A DNA stretch of 64,000 nt from NCBI GenBank assembly GCA_965219345.1, contig OZ244732.1, positions 1,792,001-1,856,000 of the forward strand, in the 5' to 3' direction. The notes below the pieces were generated by a model. That model saw nothing but the letters and a program-made list of their open reading frames with translations. It ran no database searches and was not told the DNA's origin. Position 1 is the stretch's first letter. Every line of letters starts with the position of its first letter. Below, piece after piece: positions 10,035-20,059 of this stretch. The DNA is from Nitrosopumilus sp. GTDB taxonomy: Archaea > Thermoproteota > Nitrososphaeria > Nitrososphaerales > Nitrosopumilaceae. Position numbers and translations under genes: made by a program.

Positions 10035-11129
10035 TTATTCACCAGCAACAAATTTTTCACATGCAGCTTTTGCTTGAACATCAGAAGTTTGTTCTATTGG
10101 ATGTTTCATCAAATATGCGCTTGCCGGTTTGATTGGTCCACCAACCCCTCTATCAAGAGCAATTTTTGCCAATCTAATTGCATCAATTACAATTCCTGCA
10201 GAATTTGCTTTATCATCAACTTCTAAGCGAACTTCCATATTGTAAGGGATGTTTGCCCATTGACGACCTTCGATTCTCATAAACATGAGTTTAGTATTAC
10301 CCAAAAACGGAATGAAATCAGAAGGGCCAACATAAATTTGATCATCATCTAGTCGTTCAGCAAGTTGGCTTTGAACACTTTCTGTTTTAGAAATTCTCTT
10401 CGAGGCAAGTCTATCTTGTTCTTTCATATTTAGAAAATCAGTATTTCCTCCAACATTGATTTGGTATGTTTTTTCAATTTTGGTTCCTCTGTCACTGCAT
10501 AGTTTAGCTAATGTTCTATGAACTATGGTTGCACCAACTTGACCTTTGATATCATCACCAATGCAAGGGATATTTTTTTCTTCAAATTTTTTCGCCCATT
10601 TTTCATCTGAGGCAATAAATGATGGTATACAATTTACAAAGGCAGTGTTAGTATCAAGACAGATTTGAGCCCAAAACTCAGTTACCTTATCAGAACCAAC
10701 AGGCAAATAAGACACAATGATTTCAACACCAGTGTCTTTGAGTACTTGTTTTACATCTTCAGCAATCTGTTCAGTAGTTTTAGAACTTTGAATTGGTTTA
10801 ATTCTGTTTTCCACCCATATTCCAACTCCATCTAATACAGGACTTTCATAGACATTAGCATCTGTTTTTGGCATTTCATCTTTTGGAATCCAGTCAACCA
10901 TGTTTGGGTACTCATAAATCGCTTCATTGAGTGGTTTTCCAACTTTGTTTTCACCTACATCAAATCCACATACAAAATCAATGTCGTGAATTCCATATCC
11001 AGCTAATTTATCATGAATAATTCCAGTAACCTCTTGAGAGGGATTTATTCGATAGTATTCAATTCCTTCAATTAATCCGGAAAAACAATTCCCAATACCC
11101 ACTAAACCAACTTTAATTCTACCTGCCAT
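10035..11129 (-). CDS. ino1: myo-inositol-1-phosphate synthase
   Basis: GLVGIGNC, YLPVGS, IGDDIKGQVGAT, NVGGNTDFLN, DDKANSAG. Confidence 0.93.
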   Translation of the reverse strand: MAGRIKVGLVGIGNCFSGLIEGIEYYRINPSQEVTGIIHDKLAGYGIHDIDFVCGFDVGENKVGKPLNEAIYEYPNMVDWIPKDEMPKTDANVYESPVLDGVGIWVENRIKPIQSSKTTEQIAEDVKQVLKDTGVEIIVSYLPVGSDKVTEFWAQICLDTNTAFVNCIPSFIASDEKWAKKFEEKNIPCIGDDIKGQVGATIVHRTLAKLCSDRGTKIEKTYQINVGGNTDFLNMKEQDRLASKRISKTESVQSQLAERLDDDQIYVGPSDFIPFLGNTKLMFMRIEGRQWANIPYNMEVRLEVDDKANSAGIVIDAIRLAKIALDRGVGGPIKPASAYLMKHPIEQTSDVQAKAACEKFVAGE

Positions 11130-11210
11130 TCAAAAAGTGTGTCATTGGGCCGGTTAAAAGTTTTCTCAGAAAAATAATAAAATAATTTCATTTAAGACAG
11201 GAATTTATAC

Positions 11211-12173
11211 TTGCTTTCAACGAGTAAAAAGATGATAGAGTCAGGTCGTCCAGTCAAAGATATTGAGATTGATTCAAATTCATCTATTGAAAAAATATTT
11301 GAAGAAATATCTCAGTCGGGAGGGTTTGAATCAGTAAATCTATCAGACGGATTAGAAATTTTAACAGAGATGATTTCAGATGAACAATGTCTCGGATTTA
11401 TCTCGTTTGTAGCAGCTGTAATGTCAACAGGGTTAAGAGGGATTGTCAAAGATATGATCAAAAACAAGTGGTTTGATGTAGCCATAACAACATGTGGGGC
11501 ATTAGATCATGATATTGCAAGACATTTCTCACATTACAAAGAAGGTTCTTTTACAATGGATGACAAAGAGTTGGCAGACCAAAACATTCACAGATTAGGT
11601 AACGTACTTGTGCCTATGGAAAGCTATGGACCAATCATTGAAGAAAAGATGCAAGAATTTTTGGAAGAAGAGTATCAAAATGGAACAAGAGAGATGACAA
11701 CTGCAGAAATATGCAAAATGATTGGAAAGCATTTAGGGGAAGATTCATTTCTTTTTTGGGCATACAAAAATGATGTTAGTGTAGTAGTTCCAGGAATTGT
11801 GGATGGTGCGGTAGGAAGTCAAATTTGGCTCTTCACACAGAAACATAATGATTTCAAACTAAACATAATAGGAGATGCAGAACTACTTTCAGGATTAATT
11901 TTCAAAGCTAAAAAATCCGGAGCATTTATGATTGGAGGAGGAATTTCAAAACATCACACATTATGGTGGAATCAATACAGAGAAGGATTGGATTATGCAT
12001 TTTACATTACAACTGCACAAGAGTTTGACGGAAGTCTTAGTGGTGCATTAGTAAAAGAAGCAATTTCTTGGGGAAAAGTAACACAAAAGGCAAAGCAGAC
12101 AACACTCCATGCAGAAGTAACAACAGTATTACCATTCATCTATTCAGCACTTATTTCAAAATTAAAAAAATAA
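11211..12173 (+). CDS. dys: Deoxyhypusine synthase (start possibly ATG 11232)
   Basis: STGLRG, IHRLGNVLVP, GGGISKHH, FDGSLSGA..KEAISWGK. Confidence 0.94.
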   Translation: MLSTSKKMIESGRPVKDIEIDSNSSIEKIFEEISQSGGFESVNLSDGLEILTEMISDEQCLGFISFVAAVMSTGLRGIVKDMIKNKWFDVAITTCGALDHDIARHFSHYKEGSFTMDDKELADQNIHRLGNVLVPMESYGPIIEEKMQEFLEEEYQNGTREMTTAEICKMIGKHLGEDSFLFWAYKNDVSVVVPGIVDGAVGSQIWLFTQKHNDFKLNIIGDAELLSGLIFKAKKSGAFMIGGGISKHHTLWWNQYREGLDYAFYITTAQEFDGSLSGALVKEAISWGKVTQKAKQTTLHAEVTTVLPFIYSALISKLKK

Positions 12174-12222
12174 ATTTAAAATTAACCAAAAATTATTATT
12201 CTATTAATACAAAAATTATTCA

Positions 12223-12936
12223 ATGTTTCCTAGAATTAGAATTAGAGAATTAAAACCATTCAATTTAGAAGGCGGGTATCTTATTGATGGTTTTCCGTCA
12301 GTTGGGTTTACTAGTGCAATTGCATCTGAATCAATGATACACACATCAAAATTTGAGTTGGCAGGAGTCATTGATTCGGATATTTTTCCACCAATCAGTG
12401 TCATCAAAGATGGAAAACCAAATTATCCAACAAGAATTTTTGTTAACGAAGATTTGAAAGTTGGAATGTTTTTGTCATATCTTACTCTTGATCGGTCGTT
12501 GCATCGAACTCTAGCTAAAACAATGTTAAAGTGGGCAAAGAAACACAAAATTGAATTAATTGTCAGTAGTGTTGCAATCAAATCATCAGATGGTGATGAA
12601 AAGATGATGGCTATTGGGAGTACAGATTCTGCTAGAGTAAAAGTGAAAGAGGCAGGTTTGAAAGTTTTAGAACATGGAACTGTACCAGGAATTCCTGGAA
12701 TTTTGTTAAATGAAGGAAGTATGACAGGTCAAGACGTTATTGTTATAATTTTTCACACAGATGGAAAAGGTCCAGATTTTAAATCAAGTGCACAGCTTTG
12801 TATGGCAATGTCTCAATTAATTCCCGGAGCATCATGCGATATTCCATCATTACAGCAAGAGGCTGAAAAAGCTGAAGTAGTAATAAAAGAAGCAGAAGAA
12901 GAATCAAGACATCTTAAAGATTCCATGTATAGATAG
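12223..12936 (+). CDS. Proteasome assembly chaperone (PAC2) family protein
   Basis: LIDGFPSVGFTSAIA N-terminus, GIPGILL, GPDFKSSA. Confidence 0.85.
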   Translation: MFPRIRIRELKPFNLEGGYLIDGFPSVGFTSAIASESMIHTSKFELAGVIDSDIFPPISVIKDGKPNYPTRIFVNEDLKVGMFLSYLTLDRSLHRTLAKTMLKWAKKHKIELIVSSVAIKSSDGDEKMMAIGSTDSARVKVKEAGLKVLEHGTVPGIPGILLNEGSMTGQDVIVIIFHTDGKGPDFKSSAQLCMAMSQLIPGASCDIPSLQQEAEKAEVVIKEAEEESRHLKDSMYR

Positions 12937-12989
12937 AATTTTTCAATTATGTTTATTTCATAACTGAAAACAAGTAATGTCAGAAAACA

Positions 12990-13610
12990 ATGGTTGAGAT
13001 CCTTGAATTTGCAGTAATAGTAATAGTAATTTCAGCATCAGGAGTCATGGCACCTGGGCCTCTTTTTGCAGCAACTGTATCGTACGGGTTAAGAGAAAGC
13101 ACAAGAGCAGGTGTTAAGATAGCAATTGGTCATACAATTGTTGAATTACCATTAATAATTTTGTTAGGAATAGGGGTTTTTTCTTTAGAATCGTTTCCAG
13201 AATTTAGGACTATAATTTCAATTTTCGGAGCAATCACACTTTTCGTATTTGCAACAATACAGATTAGGACAATATTTAGAAAAAAAGAACTTGTTTTATC
13301 TAATTCAAAACATGGTCCGCTAATTACAGGAATTGCATTAAGTGCATTAAATCCATTTTTCATAATTTGGTGGCTAGCCATTGGATTCAGATTAATTTCA
13401 GATGCAATGTTAATGTGGTCTTTTGCAGGCATACTAATTGTATTTGTATTACACATTTGGATGGATTTTGCATGGTTAGGAACAGTTTCATTTCTAGCAT
13501 CAAAAAGTTCAAAAATTCTTTCCAACAAAAATTACAAGATAGTGATGATAGGATTAAGTTTAATGTTAATTTATTTTGGAATAACGTTTTTGGTAGACAT
13601 ATTGCCTTAA
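12990..13610 (+). CDS. LysE family translocator
   Basis: SGVMAPGPLF, GHTIVE, LNPFFIIWW; multiple TM helices. Confidence 0.88.
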   Translation: MVEILEFAVIVIVISASGVMAPGPLFAATVSYGLRESTRAGVKIAIGHTIVELPLIILLGIGVFSLESFPEFRTIISIFGAITLFVFATIQIRTIFRKKELVLSNSKHGPLITGIALSALNPFFIIWWLAIGFRLISDAMLMWSFAGILIVFVLHIWMDFAWLGTVSFLASKSSKILSNKNYKIVMIGLSLMLIYFGITFLVDILP

Positions 13611-13846
13611 CCGCAATCTAAAATTTCTATTTGTGGTTCACAATCGTCATTAAATAAATCAATTTTTTCAACTACAGTTTCACAGAATTCAGGTTCAAGA
13701 GATTTCTCATATGAAGTAATTTCATTTAAAATTATCATATGTTGAGTTCCACAAGAATAACCAATTAAATTAATTGAAATTCCAATAATTGAAATTCCGA
13801 TTATAATTAAAATTAAATTTTTCAAATTAGTCTTTTGTAATGTCAA
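13607..13846 (-). CDS. Small membrane-anchored hypothetical protein with Cys residues
   Basis: N-terminal TM helix, then CG..C..C..CG; start overlaps the end of the Alba ORF. Confidence 0.55.
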   Translation of the reverse strand: MTLQKTNLKNLILIIIGISIIGISINLIGYSCGTQHMIILNEITSYEKSLEPEFCETVVEKIDLFNDDCEPQIEILDCG

Positions 13847-15128
13847 TTTCCATTATAGAAACATTACGCTGTTTTCCATCTTGAGAAGTAAGGGAGTCAG
13901 ACGAAATTCTTACATCACTAACAAAATAACCAACTGAATCCATTCTTTTAACAATCATTTGAGATACATCAACTGCTTGCGTGATTCTTTTTCCTCTAGC
14001 CTTGATAGTGACAGTGTGTCTTGTTGATAATTGAGTTAAGGTTGCAGAAACATAAGTCATAATTGGTTTAGTACCAACAAAAATTGTATCTCGTTCTTCT
14101 GATTTTTGGGGGGAGTCTGAAGTTTCGCTAGAAGGTATTTCATGTTCTGGTTCAGGTGTTGGTTCTGGTTCAGGTGTTGGTTCTGGTTCTGGTGTTGGTT
14201 CTGGTTCAGGTGTTGGTTCTGGTTCAGGTGTTGGTTCTGGTTCAGGTGTTGGTTCTGGTTCAGGTGTTGGTTCTGGTTCAGGTGTTGGTTCTGGTTCAGG
14301 TGTTGGTTCTGGTTCAGGTGTTGGTTCTGGTTCAGGTGTTGGTTCTGGTTCAGGTGTTGGTTCTGGTTCAGGTGTTGGTTCTGGTTCAGGTGTTGGTTCT
14401 GGTTCAGGTGTTGGTTCTGGTTCTGGTTCAGGTGTTGGTTCTGGTTCAGGTGTTGGTTCTGGTTCTGGTGTTGGTTCTGGTTCAGGTGTTGGTTCTGGTT
14501 CAGGTGTTGGTTCTGGTTCAGGTGTTGGTTCTGGTTCAGGTGTTGGTTCTGGTTCAGGTGTTGGTTCTGGTTCAGGTGTTGGTTCTGGTTCAGGTGTTGG
14601 TTCTGGTTCAGGTGTTGGTTCTGGTTCAGGTGTTGGTTCTGGTTCAGGTGTTGGTTCTGGTTCAGGTGTTGGTTCTGGTTCAGGTGTTGGTTCTGGTTCA
14701 GGTGTTGGTTCTGGTTCAGGTGTTGGTTCTGGTTCAGGTGTTGGTTCTGGTTCTGGTTCAGGTGTTGGTTCTGGTTCAGGTGTTGGTTCTGGTTCAGGTG
14801 TTGGTTCTGGTTCAGGTGTTGGTTCTGGTTCAGGTGTTGGTTCTGGTTCAGGTGTTGGTTCTGGTTCAGGTGTTGGTTCTGGTTCAGGTGTTGGTTCTGG
14901 TTCAGGTGTTGGTTCTGGTTCAGGTGTTGGTTCTGGTTCAGGTGTTGGTTCTGGTTCAGGTGTTGGTTCTGGTTCAGGTGTTGGTTCTGGTTCAGGTGTT
15001 GGTTCTGGTTCAGGTGTTGGTTCTGGTTCAGGTGTTGGTTCTGGTTCAGGTTGTTCTTGAGGTTTAGTTCGAGAATCAAATTCTGATAAAATATCTTCTG
15101 CGTCTTTTGATTTTTTAGAGTCACTCAA
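13827..15128 (-). CDS. Alba-family DNA/RNA-binding protein with long N-terminal (PEPEPT)n extension
   Basis: C-terminal ~90 aa [13 protein letters not shown]...[17 protein letters not shown]...RNVSIMEI is an Alba domain. Confidence 0.88.
   Translation of the reverse strand: MSDSKKSKDAEDILSEFDSRTKPQEQPEPEPTPEPEPTPEPEPTPEPEPTPEPEPTPEPEPTPEPEPTPEPEPTPEPEPTPEPEPTPEPEPTPEPEPTPEPEPTPEPEPTPEPEPTPEPEPTPEPEPEPTPEPEPTPEPEPTPEPEPTPEPEPTPEPEPTPEPEPTPEPEPTPEPEPTPEPEPTPEPEPTPEPEPTPEPEPTPEPEPTPEPEPTPEPEPTPEPEPTPEPEPTPEPEPEPTPEPEPTPEPEPTPEPEPTPEPEPTPEPEPTPEPEPTPEPEPTPEPEPTPEPEPTPEPEPTPEPEPTPEPEPTPEPEPTPEPEPTPEPEHEIPSSETSDSPQKSEERDTIFVGTKPIMTYVSATLTQLSTRHTVTIKARGKRITQAVDVSQMIVKRMDSVGYFVSDVRISSDSLTSQDGKQRNVSIMEIDITKD
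14144..15050. repeat. 18-bp tandem repeat (GGTTCTGGTTCAGGTGTT), ~50 units, in-frame PEPEPT
   Basis: Directly visible; a few variant units (CAG>CTG; extra GGTTCT at ~14415 and ~14745). Confidence 0.98.
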
Positions 15129-15169
15129 TTTTAGATTCCTTTTATAACAAAATCTTCTTTTGCTTTTAT

Positions 15170-15418
15170 TTAATTTTTAAGGTTTTGTCCTTTGATATAC
15201 TCTTCAAATAATTTTTCAAGTTCTTCATCATTATCACATATTCTAATTTGCTCGACTAGATCCTCTTGTTCGATCTCATAACAATTTAAGATATCTCGGG
15301 AATCTTTGAAAATCAAAAATGCCTTGTTCTTAAATATACAATGATATAGTTTTTCTTTTTCCATTTTCTCAGGTTTTAAATTAACACCATTTTCATCTGC
15401 TGAAACAGGATAAACCAC
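15170..15418 (-). CDS. Hypothetical protein
   Basis: 82-aa ORF co-oriented with and upstream of Alba; host-like composition. Confidence 0.65.
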   Translation of the reverse strand: MVYPVSADENGVNLKPEKMEKEKLYHCIFKNKAFLIFKDSRDILNCYEIEQEDLVEQIRICDNDEELEKLFEEYIKGQNLKN

Positions 15419-15490
15419 AAAAACAATGGAACTGTTCAGTATTTAGATTAATACACAATATAGTAATAATCAAAAGAGCTAAGAACAGTA

Positions 15491-16585
15491 TTGGAAACAA
15501 AAGTAGTTTTTCACATAGATTTTGATTATTTTTATGCTCAATGCGAAGAGATAAGATCCCCTGAACTAAGATCAAAACCAGTATGTGTTTGTGTCTTTTC
15601 GGATAGGGGTGGAGACAGTGGTGCTATTGCCACAGCTAACTATACTGCAAGAAAATATGGAGCCAAGTCAGGAATACCCATAATCTTTGCAAAAAAAATA
15701 CTTGAGGAGAGAAAAGATGCAGTGTTCTTACCAATAGATTTCGACTACTATTTCGAAATATCTGAAAAGGCTATGAAGATAATGGAAGATAATGCAGATG
15801 TTTTTGAATATGTAGGAAAAGATGAAGCATATTTGGATGTAACAAAAAAAGTTGAAGCTAATTTTGAAAAAGCAAGTCATCTTGCACAACAAATTAAAAA
15901 TTCAATTAGAGACAAGACAAAACTTAGCTGTTCTGTAGGGATCTCACCAAACAAGTTAATTTCAAAAATAGCATCAGATTTTCAAAAACCAAATGGTCTT
16001 ACAATTGTGTCTCCAGATAAAGTTGATGAATTTTTGGAACCATTAAAAATTAGATCAATACCAGGAATTGGAAAAAAGACTGAGAAAAGATTTTCAGAAA
16101 TGAATCTAGAAACAATTCAAGATTTAAAAAAATTAGATATTTTTACTTTAAACAAAGAATTTGGGAGAAAGAGTGGAACTTACATCTATAATGCAGTCAG
16201 AGGGATAGACAATGAACCAGTTAAGGAAAGAGAAGCTAGAACACAATACAGTAAAATCGTAACTTTGAAAAAAGATTCAAAAGAGTATCAATTTCTATCT
16301 GAAAATCTAATAAAATTATGCAAGGAAGTACATGATGTTGTTATGAAAAATAATATTATGTTCAAATCAATTGGAATACATTTTGTTCAGTCAGATTTAT
16401 CAAGCAAGTCAAAATCAAGAATGTTAAGAAATCCAACTTCAAATCTTAAAGAACTAGAAAAAAATGCTGATCAATTACTAAAAGAAGCCCTAGAAAACCA
16501 AGCAATCACAATTAGAAGACTAGGGGTCAAAGTTTCCGAACTTTCAGAAGTTCAAGGGCAAAGCGACATTACAAACTATTTCTAG
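15491..16585 (+). CDS. dinB: DNA polymerase IV (Y-family, DinB/Dbh)
   Basis: FHIDFDYFYAQCE, ATANYTARKYG, GKDEAYLD, SKIASDFQKPNG, IPGIGKKT. Confidence 0.95.
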   Translation: METKVVFHIDFDYFYAQCEEIRSPELRSKPVCVCVFSDRGGDSGAIATANYTARKYGAKSGIPIIFAKKILEERKDAVFLPIDFDYYFEISEKAMKIMEDNADVFEYVGKDEAYLDVTKKVEANFEKASHLAQQIKNSIRDKTKLSCSVGISPNKLISKIASDFQKPNGLTIVSPDKVDEFLEPLKIRSIPGIGKKTEKRFSEMNLETIQDLKKLDIFTLNKEFGRKSGTYIYNAVRGIDNEPVKEREARTQYSKIVTLKKDSKEYQFLSENLIKLCKEVHDVVMKNNIMFKSIGIHFVQSDLSSKSKSRMLRNPTSNLKELEKNADQLLKEALENQAITIRRLGVKVSELSEVQGQSDITNYF

Positions 16586-17540
16586 GCGGGGCTTTTCCTG
16601 TAGATTCCAACTTCTTTAGACGTCTAGATTCTATCATTATTACAACTAGGATAAATGCAAAGAGCCACGGCAAAAACATAATTTCGCCTGCAATTTTGTG
16701 AAATTCTTCCCATGCCACAGGATCCGTAGTAACTTTTAGGGCATACCAAGATAACGAAAAAATTCTGATTAAATTTACAATAATTGTGCCAATAATTCCT
16801 AAAACAAAATACACAGCTTTTCTGTTTCTAGGAATATTCATCTTTAACATGAATGCACCAATTACCAAAGAGAAGATGATAATGCTGTGAACTCCTGCAG
16901 ATGGCCAAAATACTTGAAGTGCCATTGAACCATGTTCACCTCGTAAGAACATCACGTTATCTCTAGCTACTGCAGTTCCAAGATCAAGTATGGTAATTAA
17001 CCATACATTTGCCTGTACAAAATAAGGAACAACGTATTGTAATGGACCAAGAGTGTCATATGGGAAAAATGCATCAAGTGAAAGAATTATTGCAGTTCCA
17101 GATAGAAAGATGGGTCCTGCAGGAGCAATTCTAATCCACCGCTTCCCAAAGAAGATATGCAATGCAACAATGGCAAAAATTGCCATCACAACAAAGTCCC
17201 ACATCCACATCCATGAATAAATTAATTGTACATCAAATTGTTCTGCAGATTCTATAATGTAATCTCTTAACCCATATTCTAATGAAATTAGATACAAGAT
17301 AGTAACGAGTGCCATAGGAATTACTGCAAACAGTCGTTTTTTTGAAATGACAATTTTAAGACCAATGAGCTCAGCCACTAGAAAAACAACTGCAAAAAGA
17401 TAACCTCCTCTTCCTTCATTCCAACTAAAAGATATAGAATCTGGAAATGCAATCATTGCAAAAAGAATTGGACTGGAAATAATCAAAATTCCAAATATAA
17501 GATTCCAATTCCACATCATGTTTAACCTAAAAAATGGCAA
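16569..17540 (-). CDS. artG: Thaumarchaeosortase (exosortase/archaeosortase family, Ser at the usual catalytic Cys)
   Basis: Multi-TM; FWPSAGVHS, NLIRI and EEFHKIAGE match the exosortase C/R/H motif positions with Ser for Cys. Confidence 0.8.
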   Translation of the reverse strand: MPFFRLNMMWNWNLIFGILIISSPILFAMIAFPDSISFSWNEGRGGYLFAVVFLVAELIGLKIVISKKRLFAVIPMALVTILYLISLEYGLRDYIIESAEQFDVQLIYSWMWMWDFVVMAIFAIVALHIFFGKRWIRIAPAGPIFLSGTAIILSLDAFFPYDTLGPLQYVVPYFVQANVWLITILDLGTAVARDNVMFLRGEHGSMALQVFWPSAGVHSIIIFSLVIGAFMLKMNIPRNRKAVYFVLGIIGTIIVNLIRIFSLSWYALKVTTDPVAWEEFHKIAGEIMFLPWLFAFILVVIMIESRRLKKLESTGKAPPRNSL

Positions 17541-17763
17541 ATAAATATCTCAACTTTACAAGGTCTAAAAATTCTTTAGTTCATCATAGAAATTGAGAAA
17601 AAGATGTTAATCCTCTATATCTTCTATTTCATCAGCTTCTGGATCTCGTTTATGAGGTCTAATTGGAACATAAATGAATGTCACAATAATTATTCAAACG
17701 ACTCAGAGATACATTCCAAGGTTACAAAAATTTGTCTAATTAGTAATTTCTAATACATCAAGG

Positions 17764-18243
17764 TCAATGATTGAGATTACATTCAACTTTAAGGGATTTG
17801 ACAGTTGTAAAATACGTAACAGTCAGAATTACAATAGCTATTATTCTAATTGGGATCTCATAATTGGTTAGAAACGCAGTAGCAGTAGCCCCAACAGAAC
17901 CAAATGTGGAGATTACTGCAAACCCAACGGGTCCACAGCTGCATACACCGGAAGCAGCACCAATAATTGAACCAAAAATTCCACCTCCCATTTTTTGTTT
18001 TGAACTTTTGAGGATATTTATCCTAAAAATGTTCATTGGGATAACCAATGCAGATGACGCCGAAAGTATTACAATTAGGATAAAGCCAAATTCACTTCCA
18101 GAAGGAAGATGAGCAACAACATAAGGTTCTAAGAAAATATATTCGGATAATATCAATAAACCAACTAACATCGATACAAAAATTACAGATGATAAGAGAA
18201 CATATTTGGAATTAGAGTATACGAGTTTAGTTGTTTGTACCAT
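17764..18243 (-). CDS. Membrane protein with CxC motif
   Basis: About 4 TM helices, GVCSCGP; abuts the DsbA-family gene. Confidence 0.7.
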   Translation of the reverse strand: MVQTTKLVYSNSKYVLLSSVIFVSMLVGLLILSEYIFLEPYVVAHLPSGSEFGFILIVILSASSALVIPMNIFRINILKSSKQKMGGGIFGSIIGAASGVCSCGPVGFAVISTFGSVGATATAFLTNYEIPIRIIAIVILTVTYFTTVKSLKVECNLNH

Positions 18244-18903
18244 TTAGATCATAGGATCCAATATTTGTTTAAAGACAGAGAAGGGTTGTGCTCCGCCAAT
18301 TTGTTGTTGTCCATTAGGGCCAACAATGAAGAATCCAGGAGTTCCTTTTACACCATTTTCTCTTGCTTGTTGTATGTTATACTGTACACGTTTAGAATAT
18401 TTTCCAGAATCAAGACAACTTTCAAACAGTTCCATATCAAGTTCTAAGCTATCTGCAAAAGCTTTGAGTCTTTCAGAATTTGCCCATCCATTATCTACAT
18501 GTTCTTGAAAATTGTATAGGACGTCGTGGTATTCCCAATACATTCCTTGGTCTTCAGCACAATATGATGCTTGAGCTGCCCTCGGAGAATCTTTTCCCAA
18601 GAATGCCAAATCAACAAATACTAGATTTGCTTTTCCAGTATCAATATAATCTAGGACTATTGCGGATTTTGTATTATGAAACCATGCATAACATTGTTCA
18701 CATTGATAATCACCAAATTCAACAATAGTAATTGTGGCAGATGGATCACCTAAAATTGGCGAGCCCATAGCCGTAGAAATAGTACCATGGGTTCGGCCCA
18801 TATCAAGATTTACAGTTTCAGATGAAGGTAATGAGTATGATGCAGCTATTCCAACAACAATTGCTGCAACAATGACGCCTATAATTACACCATTCTTATT
18901 CAT
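18244..18903 (-). CDS. DsbA-family thiol:disulfide oxidoreductase, membrane anchored
   Basis: EFGDYQCEQC, AAQASYCAEDQG..WEYHD, GVKGTPGFF. Confidence 0.92.
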   Translation of the reverse strand: MNKNGVIIGVIVAAIVVGIAASYSLPSSETVNLDMGRTHGTISTAMGSPILGDPSATITIVEFGDYQCEQCYAWFHNTKSAIVLDYIDTGKANLVFVDLAFLGKDSPRAAQASYCAEDQGMYWEYHDVLYNFQEHVDNGWANSERLKAFADSLELDMELFESCLDSGKYSKRVQYNIQQARENGVKGTPGFFIVGPNGQQQIGGAQPFSVFKQILDPMI

Positions 18904-18934
18904 AATCTAAAACAGTAAAAATGGCTAAAAAAAC

Positions 18935-19132
18935 TTATTCCAAATTTCTGGACGATTTTCGTTTAAAAATATTTACAAATTTTGAGATAACAGTATCAAT
19001 TGGACACACCTCGCAAGCAACATTTGATGAATGTCGGTCAAAATGCTTTTCAAATTTTTCTCGTGATTCAAAAATTAAATCACATCTAGTACAATAAACC
19101 TTGGTTACATTATGTTTTGATGCTCTTTTCAT
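18935..19132 (-). CDS. Small C2H2 zinc-finger protein
   Basis: CTRCDLIF...KHFDRH plus CEVCP. Confidence 0.7.
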   Translation of the reverse strand: MKRASKHNVTKVYCTRCDLIFESREKFEKHFDRHSSNVACEVCPIDTVISKFVNIFKRKSSRNLE

Positions 19133-19219
19133 AATTAACTTCTGCGATTAGTGCTTATAAAGATCCTGTATAGTTATAGAAATATCAAAAATTAAAAGAA
19201 ACACAATTTTTAAACAGAT

Positions 19220-19588
19220 TTAAAGATAATGTATTCGCATGTGGACATTAAGTTCAACTTCATATCTTGTTACAAATCCACAATGTGTACATGAAAACAT
19301 ATCAGATTGAGGTGCGGTATCTCTCTCTATGGTTTTACCAGAGATTGATTTAATACTTATAATTTCATTATTGGCGATTACAGCAAAATTGTTACCTTCT
19401 CCAATTGAATCTAAAAATTCTTTAATTGAAGTGATAACTGTATTAGTATCAATAACTTCATCATCGTCTAAAGTAGATAGAGTAAATTGATGATGCTTTA
19501 GAGTTGGAATAGCGGCAGCTTGATCCGAAACATAAACAAGTAATTCATTTTTTATTGATAAAACATCCTTGCAATCAATTGTAAGCAT
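19220..19588 (-). CDS. Protein with C-terminal C2H2 zinc finger
   Basis: FSCTHCGF...VHMRIH. Confidence 0.75.
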   Translation of the reverse strand: MLTIDCKDVLSIKNELLVYVSDQAAAIPTLKHHQFTLSTLDDDEVIDTNTVITSIKEFLDSIGEGNNFAVIANNEIISIKSISGKTIERDTAPQSDMFSCTHCGFVTRYEVELNVHMRIHYL

Positions 19589-19660
19589 GAAATTTCAGGG
19601 TCAAATCAGTATTTTAGTTTAACAATGATTATTATGGTTTGACATAGTAAAATTTACTAG

Positions 19661-20047
19661 ATGGCAATTTCAGAAACATTTGGAATTGAGAAAGGTCAGG
19701 GGGAAGAAGTCATTACATGGCTAAATGGGCAAGCAAAATCTCAAGGTACAAAACTGGAAGCAAGACTATATGGTTATGATATTTCCACTAAAAATTTTGG
19801 AGATTTTGAAATGTTTTCATGGATAGGAGATGTGCAAATTGCAAGAAAGTTGATCATCAAAGCAAGTAAACGATTCAGGATAAAAATTATTGAAGGAGGA
19901 TACAAACCAAAAGAAAAAGTGTTTAGAATGAGGAAATTTGATTATGCAAAAGTCAAAAGAGGGGATAAAACAATAGGGCAGTTAGAATTCGTAGTATCAA
20001 GACTAGGAAATAATCAATGGGAAGTTCAAAATGAAGAACGCCATTAA
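19661..20047 (+). CDS. Hypothetical protein
   Basis: 128-aa ORF, host-like composition, first of a co-oriented cluster. Confidence 0.7.
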   Translation: MAISETFGIEKGQGEEVITWLNGQAKSQGTKLEARLYGYDISTKNFGDFEMFSWIGDVQIARKLIIKASKRFRIKIIEGGYKPKEKVFRMRKFDYAKVKRGDKTIGQLEFVVSRLGNNQWEVQNEERH

Positions 20048-20059
20048 ACTTACAATTGT

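Noticed and set aside
14144-15050. Possible CRISPR array
   Set aside because: Head-to-tail tandem repeat with no spacers, inside a CDS.
14057-15124. Long ORFs of (NQNQHL)n, (WFWFRC)n and (VLVQVL)n
   Set aside because: Alternative frames of the stop-free 18-bp repeat; only the PEPEPT frame joins the Alba domain.
16569-17540. Cys-to-Ser change at the sortase active site as a novelty
   Set aside because: Already a described property of the thaumarchaeosortase family.
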